Positions 18,317 to 28,240 of a stretch of DNA of 62,053 bases are shown here, one piece after another. Under the pieces are notes generated by a model that made no database searches, was not told where the DNA came from, and saw nothing but the letters and a program-made list of their open reading frames with translations. The DNA is from a virus (Duplodnaviria > Caudoviricetes). Within the stretch, counting starts at the first letter, position 1, and each line of letters starts with the position of its first letter. The stretch spans positions 1 to 62,053 of IMG/VR virus record IMGVR_UViG_3300023174_000173; one strand, 5' to 3'. Position numbers and translations under genes: made by a program.

Positions 18317-19228
18317 TTAAGCTGCGCCGGGCGATGCAAACATGCCCAGTGGATCAGAGAAACCGAACGAATAACGCTCACGTGCTTTGTAGCGAACGTT
18401 ACCTGTATCAAAGTCACCATCCATCGAGTTAGCCAAAGGCGAACGTACAAAGTGCTTCATGCCGTTTGGAACGTCGGTAGTTAAGTACCAACCGTTTGTG
18501 TCGGTCAAGAAGTGGTTCACAGTGTAACCTTCTGGAATCGAACCATTGTTTTTCAGTGCATTGATATCGTTATCAGTAGTGCCGACGCGGAGTTCGGTTT
18601 CCAATAGACGAGTAGCAACGAACATCAAAGCAGGTGGAACGATCAGCTTTTTAGGCTTGGCTGCAATCAACAGACCACGTTCATCAGTCCATGCAGCAAT
18701 TTGAATAACAGCGGCTTCCAAAGAAGTTTCATTCAAATCGGCAGCAGTTGCGGGCGTGTTGCTGTTAACACCACCACTGATCAAAGGATGTGCAGTTGAG
18801 AACAATGCAACGCCATCACCGCCCGGGAAAGCAGCAGAGAAACCGTTGTTCAAAACAGCAGCAGCTTTAACTTGCTTGGTATAAGCCATCGAACGTGCGA
18901 GAGCTTTTGTATAACGAGCAGACAAGGAGTCGTACAAGTTATCTTCAATTGCCTCTTCAGTCAGGGAGAAACCCTGAGCGATAGTTTCGTGGTTGTATCG
19001 AGCAGTCCAAGCTTCTTGACCGTTGTCGTATTTAATTGCGCTACCTTCATTCTTGACAGGTGCGGCGCTGAAACCTGAAAGTTTAGTTTCTTCTTCAAAA
19101 GAACGCTCAGAGGTTTCAACTTCGTAAATCTCTTTGTGTTCTTCGCCATAGCGAGCGTACTCCAGACCGAACAAAGCGTTCAAGCCGGGGAGCAGCTCTT
19201 TCAATAGTTGTGCGCGTGAAATAGCCAT
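18317..19228 (-). CDS. Major capsid protein (Mu gpT-like HK97 fold)
   Basis: MAISRAQLLKELLPGLNALFG, EAIEDNLY, DGVALFSTAHP, YKARERYSFG; followed by a terminator. Confidence 0.9.
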   Translation of the reverse strand: MAISRAQLLKELLPGLNALFGLEYARYGEEHKEIYEVETSERSFEEETKLSGFSAAPVKNEGSAIKYDNGQEAWTARYNHETIAQGFSLTEEAIEDNLYDSLSARYTKALARSMAYTKQVKAAAVLNNGFSAAFPGGDGVALFSTAHPLISGGVNSNTPATAADLNETSLEAAVIQIAAWTDERGLLIAAKPKKLIVPPALMFVATRLLETELRVGTTDNDINALKNNGSIPEGYTVNHFLTDTNGWYLTTDVPNGMKHFVRSPLANSMDGDFDTGNVRYKARERYSFGFSDPLGMFASPGAA

Positions 19229-19240
19229 TATTTAAGCTCC

Positions 19241-20080
19241 TTAAATTGACACGTTGTAACGGTGTGCGCCGAAGTTAATCTTAACAAGCACTTCGGGGGT
19301 TTGTACCAAAGCAACCGTACCAGCAACTTGCGTTGCAATAGATGTAGTAGAGATAGCCGTGGTTCCGGTGGTAGTAACAGTTGTTGAGGCCGTTGTAGTA
19401 GCCCCAGTAAACTGCAATTGACCATTGACTAAGTTAAAAATGTCCGTGCCCAAAGGAATAATTTGACCAACAGTCAAACCAGAAATACCTACAGAAGTTG
19501 ATGACACAGCGCCACCATTTACATAAGTAGCCGATGTGCTGATTTGAGTATCTGGAACCAAACCAACAACACGGAAACCGGCATACGGCGCAGTAGCAGT
19601 GCTAACAGCAGAAGCCGCAACAACACCACCTGTACCATTACCGGTTGAAGCTGAACCAAGTGTAGTAGTACCAGCCACGTTACCACCAAGCAACAGCGAC
19701 GAAGCAGAACCAACAACACCAGATGAAGCCGTAGTGGCTACCGCAACTTGAAGAATTAAATCAGGATCATCAGCAACGATTGCAGTAATATCACCAGCCA
19801 AAACACTACCGGGGTAGTATTGCGTAAACTGACGTTGTTTAGTTGTTGGGTTTGTGTAATAGCAGCCCAAGAAAATACCAACAGTTGTATTAGTAGTATC
19901 CAAAGGATACGTAATACGTTGAGCATAACCTGAAGTTAAATTTACAAAATCGCCGTAGTAAATAGCGGTGCCATAGTTGTACTGGATCGGCAAATTACGT
20001 GTCGAACCGGCGTACGCCTGACCACCAATTACATTTATCGGCTTGTACCCGTAGGGTTTATCTATAGTAGGATAAGCCAT
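19241..20080 (-). CDS. Capsid cement/decoration-like protein
   Basis: PYG.KP..., GIFLGCYYT.P, DDPD; immediately upstream of MCP. Confidence 0.6.
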   Translation of the reverse strand: MAYPTIDKPYGYKPINVIGGQAYAGSTRNLPIQYNYGTAIYYGDFVNLTSGYAQRITYPLDTTNTTVGIFLGCYYTNPTTKQRQFTQYYPGSVLAGDITAIVADDPDLILQVAVATTASSGVVGSASSLLLGGNVAGTTTLGSASTGNGTGGVVAASAVSTATAPYAGFRVVGLVPDTQISTSATYVNGGAVSSTSVGISGLTVGQIIPLGTDIFNLVNGQLQFTGATTTASTTVTTTGTTAISTTSIATQVAGTVALVQTPEVLVKINFGAHRYNVSI

Positions 20081-20101
20081 AATATCTCCAAAAATTAAAA
20101 A

Positions 20102-20551
20102 TTACATACCTTTGCCAAAGCTAACCTCAGTCTTCCGTTCATTAAACAGAGGCATACGAGGATCGTTCTGGCGCATTAAATTGTTGTCTACAGCCTCAAT
20201 CTGATTATCAGTTTGGCGTTGGTAATGTGCGTTACGTTGCGCAACAAACTCAGACGGGGTTTTGCATAACAACAATCCACCGACTTCAATATTGTCTTTA
20301 AAACGACTATTTGGGTCAGCTAGCAGTTGAAATTTTGGTTGTTCGGCTAACGTAACAGGCTCCCATCCTTCCCGCATTTTTGCGGAAATATTACGCGGAT
20401 CGGCATTGTTTAGCGTTGAAACACGAATCCATCTGTACTCATAACCGGGTTGCTTATCGGGTTCAGGCAAAAGCTCAGGTGGTGCCCACTGCTTAGGGCG
20501 TTCCTGCACGGCACGAGTTTCTAATTCACGACTAAGTTTGTTTTCAGCCAT
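20102..20551 (-). CDS. Conserved head-module protein
   Basis: YRWIR...REGWEPV...VGGLLL. Confidence 0.65.
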   Translation of the reverse strand: MAENKLSRELETRAVQERPKQWAPPELLPEPDKQPGYEYRWIRVSTLNNADPRNISAKMREGWEPVTLAEQPKFQLLADPNSRFKDNIEVGGLLLCKTPSEFVAQRNAHYQRQTDNQIEAVDNNLMRQNDPRMPLFNERKTEVSFGKGM

Positions 20552-21494
20552 TTTTGGCCTCCATTTTCATAATTTCACGGACGTATTGCTCAGGTGTTAG
20601 CCCAAGCTTCTTTGCAATGCTCAACTGCGATTGTTTAAGCAGGATTTTTTTAGAACCCGTGCTACGAGTCGCAGGAGCTACGACCGTGTTCGATTTTTCT
20701 GTACGCCCAGCAGGTTTAGGAGCCGCTTCAGGCGTTGTTTCTTGAAAGTAATCCGGAAAGCGACGACGCATGGTGTCATCTACTTTTGTCCAGTACTCGT
20801 CGGTGGACGTGTAGCTAGGGCCGTGTTGCTTGACTAGTTTTTGATGTAGGCCAAGTGCTAAACTAGTCATCTCCTCATCCTGACCGAACCATGTGTTGCG
20901 CTCTTGCCACGCAGCAGCCCGTGGGTCAGGGCGAGGTACTTGGACTTCTAGGTTGTCTTTTACACTATCTTTTTCGACTTGTAAAGAGGGAACATACTCT
21001 CGGGCTTTTTGCAACTTGTAATTAGCATTGGTAATCTTCTCCTGTGCGTCTACAAGCTTGTCAGTATCCCCAGCGTCATAGGCTTCTTTATACGACCGCT
21101 TGGCATTGTCCAACTCCATTTCCGCAGCGGTTTTGTACGTATCAAGATAAGTTTTCTCACCATCAGAAAGCTTGGTTTTTAAAGCCTTGTTTTCCTCCAG
21201 TATGCGTTTAGCATACTCAATAGCTTCTTTTTGCTCACGGATAGCTGCGTCTTTGTCCCGACGTTCGTCATTCCAAACTTTTTTTAATTGTTTTAGACGC
21301 GTTTTAACTTTTTCGGAATAGTCTTCTAGCTCATCTTGTTCAAGCTCTTCAACTATTTTTTGAGGTAAAGGCTCCCTATTCCTGTCTTCTGGTGGGGTAT
21401 CGTCTTCAATCTCAATCTCAAAATCGTCTTGTTGCGATGCTTTTTCCGTGGTTTCCTGTTTTTCGTCAGGAAACTCATATTCAACTTTATCCAT
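20544..21494 (-). CDS. Capsid scaffolding protein
   Basis: Acidic N-terminus, long coiled coil, W.ERNTWFG, AKKLGLTPEQY. Confidence 0.7.
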   Translation of the reverse strand: MDKVEYEFPDEKQETTEKASQQDDFEIEIEDDTPPEDRNREPLPQKIVEELEQDELEDYSEKVKTRLKQLKKVWNDERRDKDAAIREQKEAIEYAKRILEENKALKTKLSDGEKTYLDTYKTAAEMELDNAKRSYKEAYDAGDTDKLVDAQEKITNANYKLQKAREYVPSLQVEKDSVKDNLEVQVPRPDPRAAAWQERNTWFGQDEEMTSLALGLHQKLVKQHGPSYTSTDEYWTKVDDTMRRRFPDYFQETTPEAAPKPAGRTEKSNTVVAPATRSTGSKKILLKQSQLSIAKKLGLTPEQYVREIMKMEAKNG

Positions 21495-21503
21495 TTATAG
21501 CTC

Positions 21504-21989
21504 CTATGTGTTACCAAAAAATTTTTCGGTATGCTTGTTTGATTTGCGTCTATTCCATATTGCAGGAACCACTTGGAGGTTATTGGCCTCTGAAGTACCT
21601 CCTTTTGATACCGGAATCACGTGATCTACATGCCATTCAAAACCAAATAATTGCTGCCGTAACCGTGCTAGTTTCATAGCTTCTATAAGAACAAACTGAT
21701 CAAAATCAGAAGCATTGCGGTATAAAGCCCTACGTGCCGACCTATTAGCCGCAAAATATTCAGGGTTACGTTTTGCCCAACGGAGTCTTGCCTCTTTTCT
21801 AGCTTCTGATACCGGCCTTTCAGAACGTCGTTTTTCAGTTAACGCCCTACCACCAGAAGCTACATACGAGGCCTCATGCCGTTTTTTAGCAGCTTTGCCT
21901 TTTTCGCTATGCTCATATTTAAGCCTAGACGCTTTTTGGGCTTCACTACGCACGGCTAATCCCCCTCGGGTCTTGGACAACAGCGTCAA
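21504..21989 (-). CDS. HNH homing endonuclease
   Basis: WHVDHVIPVSKGG...NNLQV.....NRRKSN; true start is probably the GTG near 21953. Confidence 0.8.
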   Translation of the reverse strand: MTLLSKTRGGLAVRSEAQKASRLKYEHSEKGKAAKKRHEASYVASGGRALTEKRRSERPVSEARKEARLRWAKRNPEYFAANRSARRALYRNASDFDQFVLIEAMKLARLRQQLFGFEWHVDHVIPVSKGGTSEANNLQVVPAIWNRRKSNKHTEKFFGNT

Positions 21990-22368
21990 CTGTGTCTTCG
22001 TTAATCATGCGGAATTCTTTTCCGTGAATCTTTAGGCGTGAACCACTATTAGAACGAAGCACAACAAAATCCCCCGGCTTACACCACGGACCAGTTGGAT
22101 ATCGTGTCTTGTCTGTATAGCAATCAGGGCCTAATGCCACGACAAAAAATACCGTGCTGAGGACTTCTTCGTAATGCACAGTTGAACCTGCTTTGACTAG
22201 GCCACTTTCGTACTTGTCTTCAACCTCTGGAAGAGCAACCAAAATTTTGTACCCAACAGGTGCAGGTAGTTGTTTGGCTTTATCTTCCGCTGAGTGCGGT
22301 ACTTCACCGTCTTCTGTTGCAATGATTAATGATTCAGTCATCGTCGTTACGCTCCATTTGGTCTGCAA
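21946..22368 (-). CDS. groES: Co-chaperonin GroES-like protein
   Basis: PVGYKILV, SGL, VVALGPDCY, WCKPGDFV, EFRMINED; probable start MTESL (22341). Confidence 0.8.
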   Translation of the reverse strand: MQTKWSVTTMTESLIIATEDGEVPHSAEDKAKQLPAPVGYKILVALPEVEDKYESGLVKAGSTVHYEEVLSTVFFVVALGPDCYTDKTRYPTGPWCKPGDFVVLRSNSGSRLKIHGKEFRMINEDTVDAVVQDPRGISRA

Positions 22369-22528
22369 GGTCTAATAAAAATCCTTCTGCGATGGATAGG
22401 CCTCGAATCTCCCCGCATATTGCACGATATTCCGTGTAATCTTTTGCAGTGCCGTTGCTCACAGCATGAGCTAACTGCGCCTGTTTCTCGTTAATTTTGT
22501 CTTTAACGATTTCTAATATTCTGTCCAT
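22334..22528 (-). CDS. Conserved small protein between portal and GroES
   Basis: G.AKDY.EY..ICG.IRGL motif; coupled. Confidence 0.7.
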   Translation of the reverse strand: MDRILEIVKDKINEKQAQLAHAVSNGTAKDYTEYRAICGEIRGLSIAEGFLLDLADQMERNDDD

Positions 22529-25002
22529 TACTCACCTTTTGTCGGTTTTTCTGGTTGTGATTGTGATTGTGGTTGTTGACGATCTTTTGCAATTTGTGCA
22601 CCTAATCGCATACCTTCTAAACGCATATTGCCCTCATGGATTGCTTTATCATTAGTGGTTTTGGCACCAAGTTGTGCTCCAGCGATTTCTTTCTGCGCGG
22701 CGATACGCGACTCTTCAATCTTAAGTTGTTTAACTTTAGCGAAAGAATCCACAGAAAGTTTTTGTTTCTTAAGATCAAGTTCACCTTGTTTGATTTCCAA
22801 TTCTTTCTGTTGCATTTGAACAATCGGGTCTTGTGCCGCTTGTTGTGCTTGCTGTTGTGCCGCCTCGGCTTGGTCTTTCTGTAACAATTTTTGTGATGCT
22901 TGAGCCATTAATTGAGACATTTGAACCTCAATCTCTGGGGACATTTCTTCATCCATCTTAGGCAACGGTATACCCATTTGCTCTTCGATCTGCTTGCGGT
23001 ACTCAAACGCTACGTGCTCACTGATATGTGCCATCATCGCCGCCATCATTACTGGGGCTTGTGGGTTTTGTCCTACGGCTTGCATAATCTTAGGGTCTTG
23101 CATAGCGGCTTGATGTACCGCGATATGTGCTTGATGGTCTTGGTAAATAAACGCTTTGACCGGCTTCATATTTAGTACTGCCATGTTCTCTGATACAGGG
23201 TCTTTTGGTTTATGATCCTCTGCACTAGGGATTAACTTACCTATATTCTTGATACCCAGCACCTCCAGCATCTGCCGGTTAAGTTCTACTTGGTCGTATA
23301 TCTGTGGGTTTTGTGCCGCCATTTGCATGACTGCTTGATACTGCACTACCTTCTGCGCCATTGTTGCGGCATTAGGGTCTGATACTGGAATTACTTCTAC
23401 GTTGTCGTAGTCAGATTTTTTAGCGCGGCGTGAACCTTCTGTTGGCTCGTACTCATAATCTTCTGGTGTGTAGTTAGCGATGATTGTCTTGAGCAGACGG
23501 AACTCTTGTTTCATAGCGTAGTGAATTCGCGCTTGAACCGCACTCATCACTTTAAGAGTTCTCTCCAACATAGCCAGTGTTGTACCCACTGGGGAGTTAG
23601 CCGACATATCACTAACTTGCAGATCAGCAGCAGAAGCAAAGCGACGACCTTCATCCACAATCTTGTCCATCAACGCCATCAATACTTGGCTTGGTTCTTT
23701 GTATGGAAGTGGAAGAATGTTATCTCGTATGGTGCCTGACGCTACATCCACATCACGCCATTCGCCGGGAGAAATCGGTGTGTCATCGCCTTTAGTGCGC
23801 ATGCCTTTGGTCTTTAAACCACCGGGCAAATTAGATAGCGTACCCGCATCAACTAACTGACGAAGCAACGATGTACCACTCTTGGCATACGCGCCAATCA
23901 AATGGATCAAACCAAAGTGATAGAAACCAAAACCGGGGATATAGCCGTAATGCACAAAGTGATTACGCTTTTGTTTTAGTTTGTCGTCTGGTTCCCAGTT
24001 GCGGCGGATAGCCAATATTTCTTGCGAAGATTTATTTATAGTGACGATGTAAGGCAATGCTATACCTGTCTCATCACCATTTTCATCTTTGTCTTCAAAC
24101 CCTTCCAAGTCAAGATAGACCTGCATCTCTAAGAGTTTGTAGCGATCATCGGATGTTGCGCGGAACCCCATCTTCTCCGCGATCTTCTTCTCGACTTCAT
24201 CCAATACATTAACAGGTTCAAGTAAATCAATATCTCTATAGAACCCTGCGTTTTGCAGTCGTTTTAACTCGTTTTCTGTCTTGCGCATAACGTGCGTTAC
24301 ACGCTCTGATGTCTCTAAATTAGACGCACCATAGGGCACAACCACATCTTCTGCCGGTACAAACACAGCCATTTGGCGGTCAAACGATGGGTCAAAATAC
24401 ACTTTTTTAAACGCATTACCAGATAAACCCAAGCCCCACAACATGCGCTCATGCTCGCCACGATACTCAGTCATCACATCAGTAAGCTGGTAATTCATGT
24501 CATTCTGTACGCGCTCGGCTGAGGCTTTCTTTGCTGGCGTTTCTTTACCTACGATTTGTGTTTTAACTGGGCCAGCCGCAGGGAACGTCTCCATGATTGT
24601 CTCACTCTGGAACTTAACCAAAGCTTCTGCTAAGAGCGGGTGATACACACCGCAAGCACCTTCCCACGGTTCCGAACGTTCTTCAAGCTTCATGCCCAAC
24701 AACTCAAGGCCATCAACGTACGTCTGCATCCAGTCTTTACGGCTAGCAATGTCTTCGTCAAACTCGCCTATCAAATCCCCTGCAATAGTCGCTAAGACAT
24801 CTTCAGATACTTTTTCTGCTAAATTGGCACTAAACTCATCATCCTCTTCGTCCTTCTCCATATGGAAATCAAACCCCGGCGCATGAATATCAAGGGCTTC
24901 TGGGTCTTCAATCTCAATCTCTATCGCTCCATCATCTAGGGTCGGATCGTTCATATCCGATAAACCCATCGGGGCTTGGTTTAGTGCTTTATCTATTGCC
25001 AT
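22528..25002 (-). CDS. Portal protein
   Basis: 824 aa following TerL; PWEGAC..HP, G.AFKKVY.D, LRQLVDAGTLSNLP; Q-rich coiled-coil tail. Confidence 0.85.
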   Translation of the reverse strand: MAIDKALNQAPMGLSDMNDPTLDDGAIEIEIEDPEALDIHAPGFDFHMEKDEEDDEFSANLAEKVSEDVLATIAGDLIGEFDEDIASRKDWMQTYVDGLELLGMKLEERSEPWEGACGVYHPLLAEALVKFQSETIMETFPAAGPVKTQIVGKETPAKKASAERVQNDMNYQLTDVMTEYRGEHERMLWGLGLSGNAFKKVYFDPSFDRQMAVFVPAEDVVVPYGASNLETSERVTHVMRKTENELKRLQNAGFYRDIDLLEPVNVLDEVEKKIAEKMGFRATSDDRYKLLEMQVYLDLEGFEDKDENGDETGIALPYIVTINKSSQEILAIRRNWEPDDKLKQKRNHFVHYGYIPGFGFYHFGLIHLIGAYAKSGTSLLRQLVDAGTLSNLPGGLKTKGMRTKGDDTPISPGEWRDVDVASGTIRDNILPLPYKEPSQVLMALMDKIVDEGRRFASAADLQVSDMSANSPVGTTLAMLERTLKVMSAVQARIHYAMKQEFRLLKTIIANYTPEDYEYEPTEGSRRAKKSDYDNVEVIPVSDPNAATMAQKVVQYQAVMQMAAQNPQIYDQVELNRQMLEVLGIKNIGKLIPSAEDHKPKDPVSENMAVLNMKPVKAFIYQDHQAHIAVHQAAMQDPKIMQAVGQNPQAPVMMAAMMAHISEHVAFEYRKQIEEQMGIPLPKMDEEMSPEIEVQMSQLMAQASQKLLQKDQAEAAQQQAQQAAQDPIVQMQQKELEIKQGELDLKKQKLSVDSFAKVKQLKIEESRIAAQKEIAGAQLGAKTTNDKAIHEGNMRLEGMRLGAQIAKDRQQPQSQSQPEKPTKGE

Positions 25003-25011
25003 GATTCATCC

Positions 25012-26562
25012 TTAGTAATACGCTCTCTTGCGTTTAAATTCTCTGATATCTTCCGGCTCATCATTAACTGTCCTGATATAGCCGCCTTTTCTAAACCGCA
25101 TCAATGCCATAGACACCGAGTCCACATAGTCATCATGATCCCCGCCGGGGAAGGACGCTACTTCATCAACCACTTCTTCAGCCCAGTGAGTGTTCGGTAT
25201 CCACACTCGTTTACTAGCAAATATGTCTGACACAGCGTTCAGTCGTGAGATTTTATCGTTCCCTTTTGACGGCGTGAACTCTTGTACAGGTATGCCCATC
25301 GCCCGCATCTCATATATTAGTGGTGCACCAGAGGCTTTTTTCTCAATGATGATTGAGTCAGGCTCCCACTCCTTATACTCTTCCACCGCTTTTCTCTTTA
25401 GCGTAGGAAACTCCATCCTGTCCCGAAACGCATTTAATAGAATGATGTTTGCCTGAGTTATCCCAGCATCATCGGGTTGATAAAACACTCCCCACGTCGT
25501 ACAAGCTGAATAGTCAGCCCGGTTGCTTTTCTCAAACGCCGTATCCCAACTCTGCAATACCCATTCACAAAACGGTGGGTCGTCGTTTTCCCATATCTGC
25601 CACCACTCACGCTTAACAATAGCAGCCGACTCAGATGTCGGGTTCTGCATATACTGCGCCATCCACTTCTGGTTAGGAAGTTCCGTACGGAGGGCGGTTA
25701 ATTCTTTAATACTCCAAAACTCAGGCCATAACGGTCTGCCACTCGGCAATATTGCAGGAAACTCAATGACTTCCCAGTCTTCCCCACTGCGTTGAGCCGC
25801 AGCTTTTAACACCTGACCCGTTAAGTCCTTCTTTGACCAGCGTGTCATTACTACAACAATAGCTCCACCCGGCTGAAGACGCTGACGAGGCCCTGATGTG
25901 TACCACTCATACGTTTTATCGTATATTTCTGGGTTTATTTCGGCGAGTGCCGCCTCTTGTTCACTGTGCGGGTCATCAATAATCAGTACATCCGCACCCT
26001 TACCTGTCACAGCACCGCCTACACCAATCGCAAAGTAGTCACCACCCTTACTTGTGTTCCATCGACCCGCTGCTTTTGAGTCAGATTGCAGTTCAACTGA
26101 CGGAAAAATGTTCTTATACACGTCCTGATCGACTAAATTTCGCACTTTTCGACCAAAACCAACCGCTAATTCAGCAGTATGGGACGTTTGGATGACTTTT
26201 TTGTGGGGAAAGTTACCTAAAAACCACGCTGGTAAGAGATAAGAAGCAAACTCAGACTTGGTATGGCGAGGTGGCATATTGATAATAAGACGTTTACAAG
26301 TTCCATTAGCTACTCTTTCGAACGCTTGAGCCATCTTAATGTGATGTGCCCCGTTAATAAAGTTAGGCCACACTTGTTTTACAAAATCCATGAAGTGAGT
26401 ACGCGCTCTCTCCGCCCCCTTACGGGCGTCTAGCTCTTCCAATAACTCCTGCGCTCTCCTTTGTACTTCTTCAGGTAATGTCGTCAGTAGCTTCGGGTTC
26501 GTCTTCAGCGTCTCTAGTATCTGTTGGTTCATCAAATGATGGCTCGGGTCCAAGTTCTGCAT
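25012..26562 (-). CDS. terL: Terminase large subunit
   Basis: INMPPRHTKS (Walker A), IIDDPH (Walker B), MTRW, WDTA, HDDYVD nuclease; start may be at 26532. Confidence 0.95.
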   Translation of the reverse strand: MQNLDPSHHLMNQQILETLKTNPKLLTTLPEEVQRRAQELLEELDARKGAERARTHFMDFVKQVWPNFINGAHHIKMAQAFERVANGTCKRLIINMPPRHTKSEFASYLLPAWFLGNFPHKKVIQTSHTAELAVGFGRKVRNLVDQDVYKNIFPSVELQSDSKAAGRWNTSKGGDYFAIGVGGAVTGKGADVLIIDDPHSEQEAALAEINPEIYDKTYEWYTSGPRQRLQPGGAIVVVMTRWSKKDLTGQVLKAAAQRSGEDWEVIEFPAILPSGRPLWPEFWSIKELTALRTELPNQKWMAQYMQNPTSESAAIVKREWWQIWENDDPPFCEWVLQSWDTAFEKSNRADYSACTTWGVFYQPDDAGITQANIILLNAFRDRMEFPTLKRKAVEEYKEWEPDSIIIEKKASGAPLIYEMRAMGIPVQEFTPSKGNDKISRLNAVSDIFASKRVWIPNTHWAEEVVDEVASFPGGDHDDYVDSVSMALMRFRKGGYIRTVNDEPEDIREFKRKRAYY

Positions 26563-27121
26563 CTAAATCAATAATCGGAGGTGGCTCATTTTGTATTACA
26601 TCAGCCTCACCCATATACTTCTCTAACAATGTAGCTAATTCTACCTCTAAGTCCTCTGTTGGCTTCTGGCGCACAGTAATCTCCATCTGCTCGGAGAACA
26701 AGTTAACCCCACGGCGTTTGCCTAATAACTCTAGCGCCTTTAAGCGCACACGAGCATCTTCATCAACCGTTTCTTCTAACAGTCTATTAGTTACGTAATT
26801 AGCAATACGACGATTTGCCCCCAAGAACTCATGGTCGTACTCAGTTAGCAATGACTCTAGTTTAAGTATTGCACCGGGGCTGGTCTTGCTTACTTTAAAT
26901 GGCTTATCTGCGACAAGAAGTTCTCTAGCCTGACGGCTATCTTCTGGAGTGATCTCGATCTCAGCACCTGCATCCATCAATTCTTTTAGTGTGGCACAAG
27001 CAGCTTTGGCTCGTTCACGGAATTGTTCTATCTCCTCCGGCGTAACGTCGATGGGTAGTGGGATGCCTATCTCTGGTGTGATGATTAGGGGCATATCTAA
27101 ATTGTGTTGTTCTGCTTCCAC
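26471..27121 (-). CDS. Terminase small subunit (probable)
   Basis: Immediately upstream of TerL; RLKALELLGK motif. Confidence 0.65.
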   Translation of the reverse strand: MEAEQHNLDMPLIITPEIGIPLPIDVTPEEIEQFRERAKAACATLKELMDAGAEIEITPEDSRQARELLVADKPFKVSKTSPGAILKLESLLTEYDHEFLGANRRIANYVTNRLLEETVDEDARVRLKALELLGKRRGVNLFSEQMEITVRQKPTEDLEVELATLLEKYMGEADVIQNEPPPIIDLDAELGPEPSFDEPTDTRDAEDEPEATDDIT

Positions 27122-27263
27122 AGATTGGTTTGCCGTGTTGGATTTGCACCAACTTACCTTCCCTTGTCAGGCTGCGTGTCCTACCACACCGACGGCAAAA
27201 AATATATACCCCCACCATATGGAACCTAAAAGATTTTGATAGGGGGGCCTTTTCCTAGCGCGA

Positions 27264-27291
27264 AGTATACATATCATTTTAGAAAATGCAA
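27264..27291 (-). promoter_or_regulatory. Candidate late-arm promoter
   Basis: TTGCAT-16 nt-TATACT pointing to TerS. Confidence 0.55.
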
Positions 27292-27432
27292 GGGGGAGGG
27301 TGCTATGTTGTTATTTTGATATGTGAAGTAAAAATAAATGTAGTCTGATGTGTAAAACACAGCGCAGCGGGGGGAGGGGAGTCTCATAGCCATTTGGGGG
27401 GTCGGGGCGGGGTAGGGTCACGATATGCCAGA

Positions 27433-27458
27433 AAACATCAAGTACGTACTTTAAGTTT
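27433..27458. promoter_or_regulatory. Palindromic box, copy 1
   Basis: AAACATCAAGTACGTACTTTAAGTTT just upstream of a -35 element. Confidence 0.7.
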
Positions 27459-27466
27459 GATATTAC

Positions 27467-27495
27467 TTGACAATCGTCACTTGATTTGATAGTAT
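27467..27495 (+). promoter_or_regulatory. Sigma70-type early promoter
   Basis: TTGACA-17-TAGTAT with TGn extension. Confidence 0.75.
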
Positions 27496-27546
27496 TTGCC
27501 TTGCAGTACAAAGTAGTTAAATTAAACCTAATCTTGGAGAATCAAA

Positions 27547-28197
27547 ATGACAACAAAGGCACAAGCAGTAGCAGCAAAGGTTGATGCTAATATCTTAATC
27601 GCAAGAGAAGCCGGTAAAGCCGCACTAGTTGCGCGCAACATGCGCGATTTGATTAACGATGCATGTAAGGCCTTGCGTGATGCCAAGGTTACAATTGGTC
27701 AGGCTCGCACTTGCGTTTACGCTCAAGCTTTTCTAGCAGAGCGATTCAAAGGTAAGACCGCTACAAAGGCTTCAATGGCGCAAATTCTCTCTGCTTTCCG
27801 TAAAGCAGTTGAGACCGGCGAGGACTATACCGAGAATGCCAGCAAAGTAAAAGCGGCAGCAAAGAAAAAAGCAGCAAAGGCAGTAACAAAAAATGACGCA
27901 CCGAAAGCCACTGACGCGGTCAAGCCAGCCAAGCCAGTCGAAGCAGCCAAGCCAGTCGAAGCAGCCAAGCCAGTCGAAGCAGCCAAGCCAGTCGAAATCA
28001 AGGTAGTGACTAAGCCAGCAAAGGATGACGAGAAAACAATAGTTCTTTCCTTGCCGCGAAAAGCGACTGCTAAACAAGCTGCAAAGCAAATGCGCGAATT
28101 CATTGAAAAAATGAGACAGTCTGATTCACTTGCTGATTTAGCATCATACCTCACTGATGCAATTGCTGAATTCGACGGCACAGCCGAGCAGTTCTAA
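27547..28197 (+). CDS. Lys/Ala-rich early protein with AAKPVE repeats
   Basis: Own promoter, RBS CTTGGAGAA and terminator; histone H1-like composition in the middle. Confidence 0.75.
   Translation: MTTKAQAVAAKVDANILIAREAGKAALVARNMRDLINDACKALRDAKVTIGQARTCVYAQAFLAERFKGKTATKASMAQILSAFRKAVETGEDYTENASKVKAAAKKKAAKAVTKNDAPKATDAVKPAKPVEAAKPVEAAKPVEAAKPVEIKVVTKPAKDDEKTIVLSLPRKATAKQAAKQMREFIEKMRQSDSLADLASYLTDAIAEFDGTAEQF
27926..27996 (+). repeat. 18-bp tandem repeat, 4 copies
   Basis: cagccaagccagtcgaag units encoding AKPVEA. Confidence 0.9.
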
Positions 28198-28214
28198 GCA
28201 GTACCGATTCACTA

Positions 28215-28240
28215 AGCCCCGAGAAATCGGGGTTTTTTTT
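28215..28240 (+). terminator. Rho-independent terminator
   Basis: AAGCCCCGA-GAAA-TCGGGG-TTTTTTTT. Confidence 0.85.
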
